From an uncultured Eubacterium sp. (GTDB lineage Bacteria; Bacillota; Clostridia; Oscillospirales; Acutalibacteraceae), in NCBI GenBank assembly GCA_905233805.1, contig CAJOER010000002.1:1-45003 (forward strand): 45,003 nt of DNA. Direction: 5' to 3'. How positions within the stretch are numbered: the first letter of the stretch is position 1; each line of letters starts with the position of its first letter. Both the position numbers and the translations under genes were made by a program. Below are positions 18,332-28,105 of this stretch, piece by piece. The notes beneath the pieces are model-generated. The model ran no database searches. It saw nothing but the letters and a program-made list of their open reading frames with translations, and was not told where the DNA came from.

Positions 18332-21300
18332 ATGAAGAGGATTATTTCAATACTCCTGTCGTTAATACTTGTATTCTCTGTAATGCCGGTAAGCGCAACG
18401 GCATTTGCAGACGATACGGTAACGCTCGGAAACTCAGGCACCTGGGAAAACGGTACGTGGGAGTATAAAAAGGTTGAGGGCGCATACCGCCTTGAAATAT
18501 CGGGCGACGGCTATATGGACTCAAACGTCATTACCGATGCCAACGGAAACGAGTCAACCTTTGCCGAGTATATGGTGCAGAAAGGTGTACAAATACTCGT
18601 TGTAAAAGACGGCGTTAAATCCGTCTGCGACGATTTTATGTATATTGACGACGATACGAGCGTTCCCGTTGAGATGATTCTTTTACCTAATGACCTTGAA
18701 AGCATAGGCGAAAACGCATTCAGAAAAACTCGGTTAAGTATGCTAATGACCGAAGAGTTTTATAATGCTTTGGTAGGAATAATCAGAAGCAGAATCAGTA
18801 TGTGGATTAGTTTGACAGGCGGCGTTGACGCGGCTATCCTTAGAGCAGGGGTGAGTCTTCTTGGAAACAATGCGCAGTGCGCTATGATTCCCGGTTTTGT
18901 TACTCATATCGGAAAGTACGCCTTTGCTCAAACGACAAATTTTTACAGTCCTAATTTTATATTGCCGAAAACATTGACAGAAGTTAGTGAAGGTCTGCTT
19001 TACGGCTCAGCTGTAAAAGGTGTAATAGGATATGAGGGAATAAGGAAAATAAACAAAAAAGCTTTTGCAAACTGCCAAAGACTTGAATCATTACAAGCTT
19101 TCAGTCCGAATACCGAAATATATGAGGACGAGGATAATCCGAGCGATAACGCTTTCGGTTACAATGCCGACGGAAGCTTAAATACAAAGCTTATGCTGTT
19201 ATGTCTTGAGGGCTGGACAGCCGACGATTACGCAACGAGGCATAATTTAAAAACCAAGAGAGACAGGGCATTACCTTCGGACGAGGGGAAAATAAAGTCC
19301 GAAACCTCTGAAAACTCGCTCGCGTGGCACTACTACAAAGACGAAAACATAGTTTTTTATGAACTCTCGGATACGGATAATTCCACTGTTCGGTCTCAGT
19401 TCCGTTCCGACGCTGCTATCGTTACGGAAAGCTACGATATGTATTCTCATCTGGACGTAGATAAGGATTTAAAAGGAAACATTATAGGCATAACGCCCGT
19501 AACTATTCCTCTTGACAATGCACAGTATAACGTTGATGTGCTGTATCTTAAAGACGGTATTGAAACGCTTATGGTATCCGACGTATTTCAGGCGTTTAAC
19601 CCGAGGGCGGTAGTTCTTCCCGACAGCTTAACGACTATCGACTATGACGTATTCGGAAACTGTACGCGCCTGAAGAGCGTAACTATTCCCGATTCGGTAA
19701 CGACTATCGGCTCAAAGGTATTTATTAACTGTCCCGCGCTTGAGGGTGTAGACCTCGGTAACGGAATAACGGTTATTCCGAAGGATTTATTCTATAACTG
19801 TAAATCCCTTAAAGCGGTAAGAATAGGAACGTCAACCGAAACAATTTCACGCCGTGCGTTTTCAAACTGCGTAGGGCTTGAAAAAATCGAAATCCCCGAT
19901 AACGTTAATACCGTTGGCGTTGAGGCGTTCAACAACTGCGTTAATGCGCTTACAATAAAAATCGGCAGCGGAGTTACGAGAGTTGACAAGGACGCATTTT
20001 CGGATTGTATCAACGCCGAAAAAATATACGTGAACTCCGAGTTTTCGGCAAGAAGTAACGGTAAATATGCGTTTAACGGTACGGGAAGCTATACCGACGG
20101 CGCGGAGCTTATTTTCGGCGACAACGTAAACAAAGTTGATTTCAGCTTTTTCAAGGGCGCTAACATTAAAAGCGTAACCCTCGGCAAAAACGTAACTGAA
20201 ATTACGGGAATAGAAGACCTTGATTACCTTGAAGAGATTAAGGTTGACGATGAAAACGAAACGTTTTACGTTGAAAACGGTATACTCTACGAGGGAACGA
20301 AGCTCGTGCTTGCACCGAGAATGCTTACCGATATTATCGTTAAGTCAGGTACTACCGAAATCGGCGACGCGGCGTTTTATAAAACTCACGCAAAGAGCGT
20401 AAAGCTCCCGCAGGGAGTAACCAAAATTGGCAATTGCGCTTTCTCACAGAGCGAATACCTTAAGAGCGTAACGCTCAACAGAGGAGTAACGTCAATAGGC
20501 GAGTGCGCGTTTGAGTTCTGCACAAAGCTCAGGGCAATATATATGCCGAGTGGACTTAAAACTATCGGACGCTGCGCCTTTGAGGGCTGTACAATCCTTG
20601 CGAGCGTAATTCTTAACGAACAACTTGAGGTTATTGATTTTGATGCGTTCCGCGGCTGCGAGGCACTCAGGGGTATCGTTATTCCTCAATCGGTTCAGAG
20701 AATAGGCATCGGTGCTTTTGAGAATTGCTCGACTCTTGAATATGCCTATATATGGGACAGCGTAATTGAAGAGGACGCTTTCGCGGGTGACGAGCTCGTT
20801 GAAATCTTTACGATGCTTGCTTCAAGTCCCTACGAGTACGCAAAGTTGAACGGCATTAAATATACGTCTTATACAGACGAGGACGCGTTCTTTACCGAAG
20901 CTGCGCTCAAGCTTGACGCTGAGGCGGGATACGTAGGTTACTGCAACGGCGAGCACGGCGATATAGAATGGATTACAGTATATGAATCTGACTGCGAAAA
21001 CGACGGCTATATGATAGGCGTCTGCGAATATTGCAGCGAGGTTCTTGAGGAAAGACATATTGACGCATATGGCCACGACTACAAAAAAGTTTATGAAACC
21101 GCGCCTACCGAAACCGTAAGAGGCGGCGCTCTTTACACCTGTACTCGCTGCCACTGCTCAAAATATGAGTATTCAGGCGAACCCTCACCGAGCGGACAGA
21201 CAATTTCTACTCAGACTGTTACGGGAAGCGTTATTATTGCCAACAACAGCAACGCAACCACAGGCAGAAGCCCTGCTAAAAAAGCGTGGATAATGAACGG

Positions 21301-21682
21301 CGACAACAAACTCGCCGAAACGGATGAAAACGGTAATTTCTCGCTTACGCTTGAAAGCGGCGTATATTATCTTAAAATTCATTACGCCTTCGGTTTTGAC
21401 AGGTACTTTACCGTAGTTGTCGAGGACGAGGATATTGATTGCGGTAATATAGCAATCATAGGTGCCGACTTTAACAAAGACGGCGAAATAAACGACGAGG
21501 ATACAAGACTGTTCAGGATTGTACTCTCGGCTGTAAGAGACGACCCGTCGTATCTTGAGTACGTCGACCTTAATAACGACGGAACGATTAACGCGAAGGA
21601 TTTGGTAATCCTTAAAAATTGCAGCGGACTTAATGCTTCGGAATACGAGTATGAGGAACTGCTGTTTAAAAAGACTGCTTAG
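18332..21682 (+). CDS. Secreted BspA-type LRR protein with C-terminal dockerin-like domain
   Basis: Signal peptide; many I.P.SVT.IG..AF..C repeats; CEYC/CTRC repeats; DFNKDGEINDED and DLNNDGTINAKD paired Ca-binding loops. Confidence 0.88.
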   Translation: MKRIISILLSLILVFSVMPVSATAFADDTVTLGNSGTWENGTWEYKKVEGAYRLEISGDGYMDSNVITDANGNESTFAEYMVQKGVQILVVKDGVKSVCDDFMYIDDDTSVPVEMILLPNDLESIGENAFRKTRLSMLMTEEFYNALVGIIRSRISMWISLTGGVDAAILRAGVSLLGNNAQCAMIPGFVTHIGKYAFAQTTNFYSPNFILPKTLTEVSEGLLYGSAVKGVIGYEGIRKINKKAFANCQRLESLQAFSPNTEIYEDEDNPSDNAFGYNADGSLNTKLMLLCLEGWTADDYATRHNLKTKRDRALPSDEGKIKSETSENSLAWHYYKDENIVFYELSDTDNSTVRSQFRSDAAIVTESYDMYSHLDVDKDLKGNIIGITPVTIPLDNAQYNVDVLYLKDGIETLMVSDVFQAFNPRAVVLPDSLTTIDYDVFGNCTRLKSVTIPDSVTTIGSKVFINCPALEGVDLGNGITVIPKDLFYNCKSLKAVRIGTSTETISRRAFSNCVGLEKIEIPDNVNTVGVEAFNNCVNALTIKIGSGVTRVDKDAFSDCINAEKIYVNSEFSARSNGKYAFNGTGSYTDGAELIFGDNVNKVDFSFFKGANIKSVTLGKNVTEITGIEDLDYLEEIKVDDENETFYVENGILYEGTKLVLAPRMLTDIIVKSGTTEIGDAAFYKTHAKSVKLPQGVTKIGNCAFSQSEYLKSVTLNRGVTSIGECAFEFCTKLRAIYMPSGLKTIGRCAFEGCTILASVILNEQLEVIDFDAFRGCEALRGIVIPQSVQRIGIGAFENCSTLEYAYIWDSVIEEDAFAGDELVEIFTMLASSPYEYAKLNGIKYTSYTDEDAFFTEAALKLDAEAGYVGYCNGEHGDIEWITVYESDCENDGYMIGVCEYCSEVLEERHIDAYGHDYKKVYETAPTETVRGGALYTCTRCHCSKYEYSGEPSPSGQTISTQTVTGSVIIANNSNATTGRSPAKKAWIMNGDNKLAETDENGNFSLTLESGVYYLKIHYAFGFDRYFTVVVEDEDIDCGNIAIIGADFNKDGEINDEDTRLFRIVLSAVRDDPSYLEYVDLNNDGTINAKDLVILKNCSGLNASEYEYEELLFKKTA

Positions 21683-21737
21683 TAAAATAACTTTTTCCAC
21701 TTTCGGTTATTTACTTTGATAGTATCAGGGCACAAAG

Positions 21738-21774
21738 AAAAGGACACAGCGGAGAAATCCGCTGTGTTCCTTTT
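21738..21774. terminator. Bidirectional intrinsic terminator
   Basis: ACACAGCGGA-GAAA-TCCGCTGTGT with A/T flanks between convergent genes. Confidence 0.85.
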
Positions 21775-21777
21775 GGT

Positions 21778-22224
21778 TTATTTTTCTCTTAACTTTTTAA
21801 AGAATTCACTGAGGAGGGCGGAGCACTCGTTTTCCATAATTCCGCCGAGGATTTCGGGTTTATGGTTATACGGAATACGGTTGAAATCCGCAACCGAGCC
21901 GAAGGAGCCCGCCTTGTCGTCGTATGCGCCGAAGTATACGGTTTTAATCCTTGAATTTATTATTGCTCCCGCGCACATAGGGCACGGCTCAAGGGTTACG
22001 TATAAGTCGCAGTCAAAGAGCCGCCAGCCGCCGAGCGCCTTACAGGCGTTATTAATCGCTTCAAGCTCCGCGTGGCAGAGCGCGTTTTTCTCTTTCTCGC
22101 GGCGGTTGCGCCCCGTGGTGATAATTTCGCCATTTCTGACGATTACCGCGCCGACGGGTATTTCACCCTCGTTTTTACTTTTTTCAGCCTCGCAGAGCGC
22201 GGCGCGCATATACTTATTTTCCAT
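21778..22224 (-). CDS. tadA: tRNA adenosine(34) deaminase
   Basis: EIPVGAV, HAE, TLEPCPMCAGAI. Confidence 0.92.
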   Translation of the reverse strand: MENKYMRAALCEAEKSKNEGEIPVGAVIVRNGEIITTGRNRREKEKNALCHAELEAINNACKALGGWRLFDCDLYVTLEPCPMCAGAIINSRIKTVYFGAYDDKAGSFGSVADFNRIPYNHKPEILGGIMENECSALLSEFFKKLREK

Positions 22225-22227
22225 AGT

Positions 22228-23286
22228 CTATTTATGCTTAATATAGAAGGTTGTGAGATAAATCAGCATTCCGAACGGAAGCGCAAAGCCCGGAAGAAGA
22301 CAGAGGAATTTTATTCCGAGCGAAACCTCGTAAGGCTTGTTCTCCCCGTTGTTCATTTTGGGGAGAAATTCTTTTTTTACAAGAAGATAAATTAGCGAGA
22401 TTACTGCGCAGACCGCTATTGCAATTGTTATAGCGCCGGTTACGTAAGTCGCGATTTGCTTCCCCGAAAAATAGAGGACGGCGTCATTGATAACCGAAAG
22501 GCTGTTGTTGCCCGCGTGAATTATCATAGCGGGGATAACGTTATCGGTAACTATAGTGATATAGCCGAGAACAAGGCCGACCATAAATGCAAAAATGAAC
22601 TGAATTATATTTCCGTGAATAAGGCCGAAAACTATGCTTACCGCAACTACGGCAAAGCCTTTCCCGTATTTTTTGAGAACGCCGAGCGTGCAGCACCTGA
22701 GTGCATATTCCTCAAATATTCCGGGAACTAACGCAATTGCGAAAAATGAAACCACAATTGCAAGAACGCTGTCGGGCTTTTTAAGTTCGGGCTGAGACAG
22801 CTCGTAGCCGAGCACCTCTACAAAACGGATTACGTAATTTGTAATTATATTTGCACATAAAGACGCGCCGAGTCCGAGCGCAACCCATGCGCTCATTTTA
22901 GCCGCGCCGAGCTTTTTCGTCGGAATTAACGGCCCGATGAAGCGGTTTTTCAGAATAAGCGCCATAATTGAAAACGGAACGCCGAGGGAAAGAACGTGAA
23001 CGGTAATTATGTTAAACGCGTTCTGGAATATTCCCGACTCCTCATACAGTGAGTAAAGCGAAGATTTCTGAAATGCAACGACTATCACCGACTGCACTAA
23101 AAGGAAGGCGAGGATTGCCGCGCCTATAACAACGCCGTTGACAATAAGCTCGCTGATTTCTTTTCGGCGGAGCCTGTTGATTTCAAGTTGACGGCGCATA
23201 TATTCGTTATATTGCTGTTGCTGATACGGGTTCACTCCGTTTTGGTACGGATAGTTCCCGTTTTGATTATAGGGGTATTGATACAT
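22228..23286 (-). CDS. CPBP family intramembrane metalloprotease
   Basis: EEYALR, FGLIH, HAGNN motifs; multiple TMs; Q/Y/N-rich N-terminus. Confidence 0.88.
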   Translation of the reverse strand: MYQYPYNQNGNYPYQNGVNPYQQQQYNEYMRRQLEINRLRRKEISELIVNGVVIGAAILAFLLVQSVIVVAFQKSSLYSLYEESGIFQNAFNIITVHVLSLGVPFSIMALILKNRFIGPLIPTKKLGAAKMSAWVALGLGASLCANIITNYVIRFVEVLGYELSQPELKKPDSVLAIVVSFFAIALVPGIFEEYALRCCTLGVLKKYGKGFAVVAVSIVFGLIHGNIIQFIFAFMVGLVLGYITIVTDNVIPAMIIHAGNNSLSVINDAVLYFSGKQIATYVTGAITIAIAVCAVISLIYLLVKKEFLPKMNNGENKPYEVSLGIKFLCLLPGFALPFGMLIYLTTFYIKHK

Positions 23287-23299
23287 TGTTTTTCCTTAC

Positions 23300-24166
23300 T
23301 CAGATTTCTAAATTATTAAGGTATTCTCTTAATTTATCCTTGATTTCGGGGTGGGAAAGACCGACCTCAATATTCGCCTGAAGAATACCGAATTTATTGC
23401 CCATATCGTAGCGCGTGCCCTCGTAATCGACGGCGATAACGCCCTTCGTCTGTGCGAGCTCCTTCATAGCATCGGTGAGCTGAAGTTCCCCGCCTGCGCC
23501 CTTGGGCGTGTGCTCAAGAATTGAAAAGATTTCCGGGGGCATAACTACTCTTCCGAGAATAGAGAAATTGCCCATAATCTCTTCTTTCTTCGGCTTTTCA
23601 ATCATATCGTCGCAGAGGTGGCAGTTGCCCTCAAGGGGAGTTGTGTGAAGCGAGCAGTATTTCATAATATCGTCGCCGAGCACCTCTTTTACGCCAACCG
23701 CGCCCTTGCCGTATTTTTCATACGCGTCAATAAGCTGCTTAGTAACGGGGTTTTCGGATATGATTACGTCGTCGCCGTAGAGAACCGCAAACGGCTCGTC
23801 GCCTACAAAATTCTTTGCGCAGAGTACGGCGTGGCCGAGACCGCCCGTTTCCTTCTGCCTGAGAAAATATACGTTGCCGAGTTTTGCAGGGGCGATAACG
23901 TCCTTTAATAAATCCGCTTTGTCGGGATTTTCGGCAAGCTTTGTTTCAAGCTCAAAGGCGTGGTCAAAATGGTCCTCAATAGCTTCCTTGCCTCTGTTCG
24001 TAATAATAAGAACCTCTTCAATTCCGCTGTTGAACGCCTCTTCAACTATATACTGAATTGCGGGCTTATCAACTATATTGAGCATTTCCTTTGGAACAGC
24101 CTTTGAAGCGGGGAGAACTCTTGTTCCGAGCCCTGCCGCGGGAATTATAGCTTTTCTTACTTTCAT
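23300..24166 (-). CDS. galU: UTP--glucose-1-phosphate uridylyltransferase
   Basis: KAIIPAAGLGTRVLPASKAVPKEML, GLGHAV, IEKP, GELQLTDA. Confidence 0.95.
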   Translation of the reverse strand: MKVRKAIIPAAGLGTRVLPASKAVPKEMLNIVDKPAIQYIVEEAFNSGIEEVLIITNRGKEAIEDHFDHAFELETKLAENPDKADLLKDVIAPAKLGNVYFLRQKETGGLGHAVLCAKNFVGDEPFAVLYGDDVIISENPVTKQLIDAYEKYGKGAVGVKEVLGDDIMKYCSLHTTPLEGNCHLCDDMIEKPKKEEIMGNFSILGRVVMPPEIFSILEHTPKGAGGELQLTDAMKELAQTKGVIAVDYEGTRYDMGNKFGILQANIEVGLSHPEIKDKLREYLNNLEI

Positions 24167-24178
24167 AATTCTTCTCCC

Positions 24179-25123
24179 TTAAATCAGATTTAAAAGCATC
24201 TCAACCGCAAGAAACGCAATCAGCGGCGCAAAAATATTTACTCCGCCCTTGCTCGAAAGATAGAGCCTTCTCATCTGTTCCTGAGAGAGGTTCATATTTT
24301 CTGTATTTGCCATAGGCGAGCTGAAGGCGGCGCCGTTATCAAGCTGAATACGTACGCGCTTTATTATTGCGGTTACGGTTGATTTGTATATTTTATCGGC
24401 GGCAAGCGCCTCGGCTATACGAAGTATGAGGAGCAGTCCCATAAACGAGTACGTAATGATTACCGCCTTGTTATAATCGGTGGCAGACTGAAGAGAAAGC
24501 AGCGTGTTCTGCGCTTCAGTTGCATTGTTCTGAGCCATAAGCTCCGCAGCCTTTGTCATTATTTCCATGGTTTTCGGCGCGAATTTTGAAATTGCAAATT
24601 CCGAGCCGACAACAAGCATTACCGTAAGCGATATGAGCGAAACCGCCTGACGGTAAATCTTTCTGTAAAAATAGTAAAGCGAGCCGAAAAAGAAGGCGCC
24701 CCAGTTCCACGAAAGCTTTTTGCTTCCGTCTTCGAGCTTTTTGAATATTTTTACAAAACGGGGAGCGTTGTTCCTTACCGTTGCGGCAACGTCGCCGACG
24801 CTTTCGCCGTCGATGGTCTGGGTATCCGAATCGTAAACGGACGCAAACTGAGGTATTACAACGGTTGCGGGGGCAGGACTTTCCTGCGATTCACTCTGTT
24901 TTACCGCCTGTTTTACGGCGCTTACAAAATCGGTTTCCTTTTTATTTTCTTCGGTAAAATCAAATCCCGTTTTGTGAAGTCCTTTGTTTACGCAATGTCC
25001 GACGTAATTATAACACTCGCGGTGGTGCGGTGTGCCGCAATCGGGGCAGACTACTATATCGTCCCCGTCCTCAAAAAACTTTTTACATACCGGACATTCG
25101 ATATTTTCGTATCTTGACATCAT
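24179..25123 (-). CDS. Prokaryotic RING-finger / DUF2628-like membrane protein
   Basis: CPVC...VVCPDCGTPHHREC...C; SWNWGAFFFGSLYYFYRK. Confidence 0.75.
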   Translation of the reverse strand: MMSRYENIECPVCKKFFEDGDDIVVCPDCGTPHHRECYNYVGHCVNKGLHKTGFDFTEENKKETDFVSAVKQAVKQSESQESPAPATVVIPQFASVYDSDTQTIDGESVGDVAATVRNNAPRFVKIFKKLEDGSKKLSWNWGAFFFGSLYYFYRKIYRQAVSLISLTVMLVVGSEFAISKFAPKTMEIMTKAAELMAQNNATEAQNTLLSLQSATDYNKAVIITYSFMGLLLILRIAEALAADKIYKSTVTAIIKRVRIQLDNGAAFSSPMANTENMNLSQEQMRRLYLSSKGGVNIFAPLIAFLAVEMLLNLI

Positions 25124-25205
25124 ATTCTCCTTCTGAAAATTATAAGATACACCTTAGTCTTTATATTATATAATCATAAACGCAAAAAATCAATACTTTT
25201 TAATC

Positions 25206-25234
25206 TTGAAAAAGTCAATATAATGTTATATAAT
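25206..25234 (+). promoter_or_regulatory. sigmaA-type promoter for prfB
   Basis: TTGAAA-17-TATAAT. Confidence 0.6.
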
Positions 25235-25265
25235 TATTTATTATAAATTTATTCGGAGTTATACA

Positions 25266-26384
25266 ATGTTATTTTACGAAGAGCTTAAACAGAGGCTGCT
25301 CGGCTTTGAAGGAGCGGTTGACAATATAAAAGAAGCGCTTAATATCGAGTCGCTCAGGGGAGAGGTTGAAGAGCTTGAAAAACTCAGCGCCGCTCCCGAT
25401 TTCTGGGACGATATGGAGAAAAGCCAGAAGACGATGCAGAAAATCGGTTCGCTTAAAGCGAAGATTGCGTCCTACGACGAACTCAGGCGCGACTATGACG
25501 ACGCCCTCGTTATGATTGAACTTGCGGACGAAGAGGAGGACGAGAGCCTTCAGGACGACTGCAAGGAGAGCGTTGACGAACTTGAAAAGAGAATTGAACA
25601 GCTCACCCTTACAACTATGCTCAGCGGTGAATTTGATTCAAACAACGCGATTTTGACCTTCCACGCGGGCGCGGGCGGAACCGAGGCGCAGGACTGGGCG
25701 GAAATGCTTTTCAGAATGTATAACCGCTGGGGTGAGCGCCACGGATACAAGGTTTCAACCCTCGATTATCTTGACGGCGACGTTGCGGGAATTAAGAGCG
25801 CAACTATCCTTGTTGAGGGTGAAAACGCCTACGGCTACCTTCACGGAGAAATGGGAATTCACCGCCTTGTGCGCGTAAGCCCGTTCGACTCCTCGGGAAG
25901 GCGCCACACCTCGTTTGCCTCCCTTGAGGTTATGCCGGAAATCAACGACGACGTTGAAATTGAAATCCGCGAAGAGGATATAAAAATGGACGTATACCGC
26001 GCCTCGGGCGCAGGCGGTCAGAAGGTAAATAAAACCTCGTCTGCCGTACGTCTTACCCATGTTCCTACGGGAATAGTAGTATCCTGCCAGATTGAGCGCT
26101 CCCAGCATCAGAACCGCGAGGTTGCGATGCGTATGCTTAAATCAAAGCTTGTTGAAATCAAGGAACGCGAAAACCTTGAAAGAATTGAAGATATTAAGGG
26201 CGAGCAGAAGGAAATCGCCTGGGGTTCGCAGATTCGTTCCTACGTCTTTATGCCCTATACTATGGTAAAAGACCACAGAACAAATTATGAAATGGGTAAT
26301 ATCACCGCCGTTATGGACGGCGACCTTGACGGTTTTATAAACGCCTACCTTAAAATGAAAAGTATAGAAAGCAGTGAGAAATAA
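25266..26384 (+). CDS. prfB: Peptide chain release factor 2 (no frameshift)
   Basis: GAGGTEAQDW, SPF motif, GAGGQ; continuous ORF. Confidence 0.97.
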   Translation: MLFYEELKQRLLGFEGAVDNIKEALNIESLRGEVEELEKLSAAPDFWDDMEKSQKTMQKIGSLKAKIASYDELRRDYDDALVMIELADEEEDESLQDDCKESVDELEKRIEQLTLTTMLSGEFDSNNAILTFHAGAGGTEAQDWAEMLFRMYNRWGERHGYKVSTLDYLDGDVAGIKSATILVEGENAYGYLHGEMGIHRLVRVSPFDSSGRRHTSFASLEVMPEINDDVEIEIREEDIKMDVYRASGAGGQKVNKTSSAVRLTHVPTGIVVSCQIERSQHQNREVAMRMLKSKLVEIKERENLERIEDIKGEQKEIAWGSQIRSYVFMPYTMVKDHRTNYEMGNITAVMDGDLDGFINAYLKMKSIESSEK

Positions 26385-27133
26385 TGGTTGAATTAATGAC
26401 TCAGTACAGCGTAAGTACGCAGGAAGGCTTTTTCGTGCATCTTATTGTTGCGATTGTGCTCGGCGCCCTGATAGGTCTTGAAAGACAGGTGTCGCGCCAT
26501 CCTGCGGGTATTCTTACAAACCTTATAGTATGTCTCGGAGCGTACGCGTTTACGGCGTTCAGTTTTCTTGTGAACCCCGCCGAAATAAAGGATATTACGC
26601 GTGTTGCAGCCCAGGTTGTATCGGGAATCGGTTTCCTCGGTGCGGGCGTAATTATGCGTGAGGGCGGCAACGTAAGAGGACTTAACACGGCGGCGACGGT
26701 ATGGGCAAGCGCAGCGGTCGGAATACTCTGCTGCGTAAACGATCTCATTTACGCGTGCCTTGTTGCGGCGGCTATCGTAGTGCTTCACCTTGTGCTTCAT
26801 CCGATTTCACATAAAATTGACAAAATCAGGAAGTACGACAAGAGCGATAAGAGAATGAACGAGGAAGCGATTTACAGAATTTCGGTAGTGTGCCCCGAGG
26901 ATGTTGAACTCGACGTAAGAAAGAACATTATGCACATAATCAAGCATGAGCCGGAGGCTCTTCTTCACACGCTTGAAACCGTAAGCGCTCACGACGATGA
27001 AAACAATAAAAAAATCCGCGCGTTTATTACAACGAAAACCGATAACGACGCGCTTATTGAAAACCTTATAACTCAGGTCGGCAAAAACGACCAGATAATT
27101 TCAGCCGGCTGGAAAATCGAACACGACAATTAA
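26384..27133 (+). CDS. MgtC/SapB family protein
   Basis: LGALIGLER, RVAAQVVSGIGFLGAG, GLNTAATVW. Confidence 0.92.
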   Translation: MVELMTQYSVSTQEGFFVHLIVAIVLGALIGLERQVSRHPAGILTNLIVCLGAYAFTAFSFLVNPAEIKDITRVAAQVVSGIGFLGAGVIMREGGNVRGLNTAATVWASAAVGILCCVNDLIYACLVAAAIVVLHLVLHPISHKIDKIRKYDKSDKRMNEEAIYRISVVCPEDVELDVRKNIMHIIKHEPEALLHTLETVSAHDDENNKKIRAFITTKTDNDALIENLITQVGKNDQIISAGWKIEHDN

Positions 27134-27192
27134 ATTTTTACAATAATATTATTTCTCCTCTGTCAAAAAATAAGACAGAGGAGGATTTTTTT

Positions 27193-27993
27193 ATGAAAAA
27201 AATTATTGTTTCTTTATTGATAACGGTTTTTCTCAGCGGCTGTACCGTAAACGTAAGTCAGCCGTCGGAGACCGAAAATAATACTGAGAGTAATATTTCC
27301 GAAAGCGAAACTACGCTCTCTGCAAACAAGGTTGTCTGGGGGTTCGGGAAGGTTGTTGAACACCGCAGGCCCGAGGAGCCTTCTTCGCTCAATGAAAAGT
27401 ATTCTTTCCTTGGAGCAAGCTGGTTTATAAACGGCGAAAAAACTATCTGCCTCACCTTCGACGAAGGCTATGAAAACGGCTATACGCCGTCGATTTTAGA
27501 TACTTTAAAAGAAAAGGGAGTCAGGGCGGTTTTCTTTGTAACGTATGACTTTGCCAAGGATAACGGAAAGCTTATAAAACGTATGATTGACGAGGGGCAC
27601 GTGGTCGGAAATCACTCGTATCACCACTACTCCATGGACGAACTTGATACCGATACCGCAAAGGAGGAGGTAACCTTCCTGCACGACTATATAAAGGATA
27701 AGTTCGGTTATACAATGAGTTATTTCAGATTTCCCAAAGGCGAGTTTTCCGAGCGCTCGCTTGCAATAGTTCAGTCGCTCGGATACAAAAGCGTTTTCTG
27801 GTCGTTTGCGTATGCGGACTGGGATACTTCTTCCCAGCCTGAGGAGAACGCGTCGTTTACAAATATCTGCGAGTCGACTCACGACGGGGAAATACTTCTT
27901 CTTCACGCGGTGAGCAAAACCAACGCCGATATTCTTCCGAAAGTGATTGACGATATAAAAAAGCAGGGATATGAGTTTTCTGTCAATATTTAG
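27193..27993 (+). CDS. Polysaccharide deacetylase (PdaA-like lipoprotein)
   Basis: LSGC lipobox; LTFDEGYENG, GNHSYHH, FRFPKG, LLHAVS. Confidence 0.88.
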   Translation: MKKIIVSLLITVFLSGCTVNVSQPSETENNTESNISESETTLSANKVVWGFGKVVEHRRPEEPSSLNEKYSFLGASWFINGEKTICLTFDEGYENGYTPSILDTLKEKGVRAVFFVTYDFAKDNGKLIKRMIDEGHVVGNHSYHHYSMDELDTDTAKEEVTFLHDYIKDKFGYTMSYFRFPKGEFSERSLAIVQSLGYKSVFWSFAYADWDTSSQPEENASFTNICESTHDGEILLLHAVSKTNADILPKVIDDIKKQGYEFSVNI

Positions 27994-28062
27994 TGTATGA
28001 AGTCGTCGGTTGTACTAACAGTCGGCGATAATTTAATAAATTTTTAATTATTAATTTGTCTA

Positions 28063-28091
28063 TTGAGATTGACATTATGATATTATATAAT
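28063..28091 (+). promoter_or_regulatory. sigmaA-type promoter of mre operon
   Basis: TTGAGA-17-TATAAT. Confidence 0.6.
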
Positions 28092-28105
28092 ATATTTCTA
28101 AAAGT

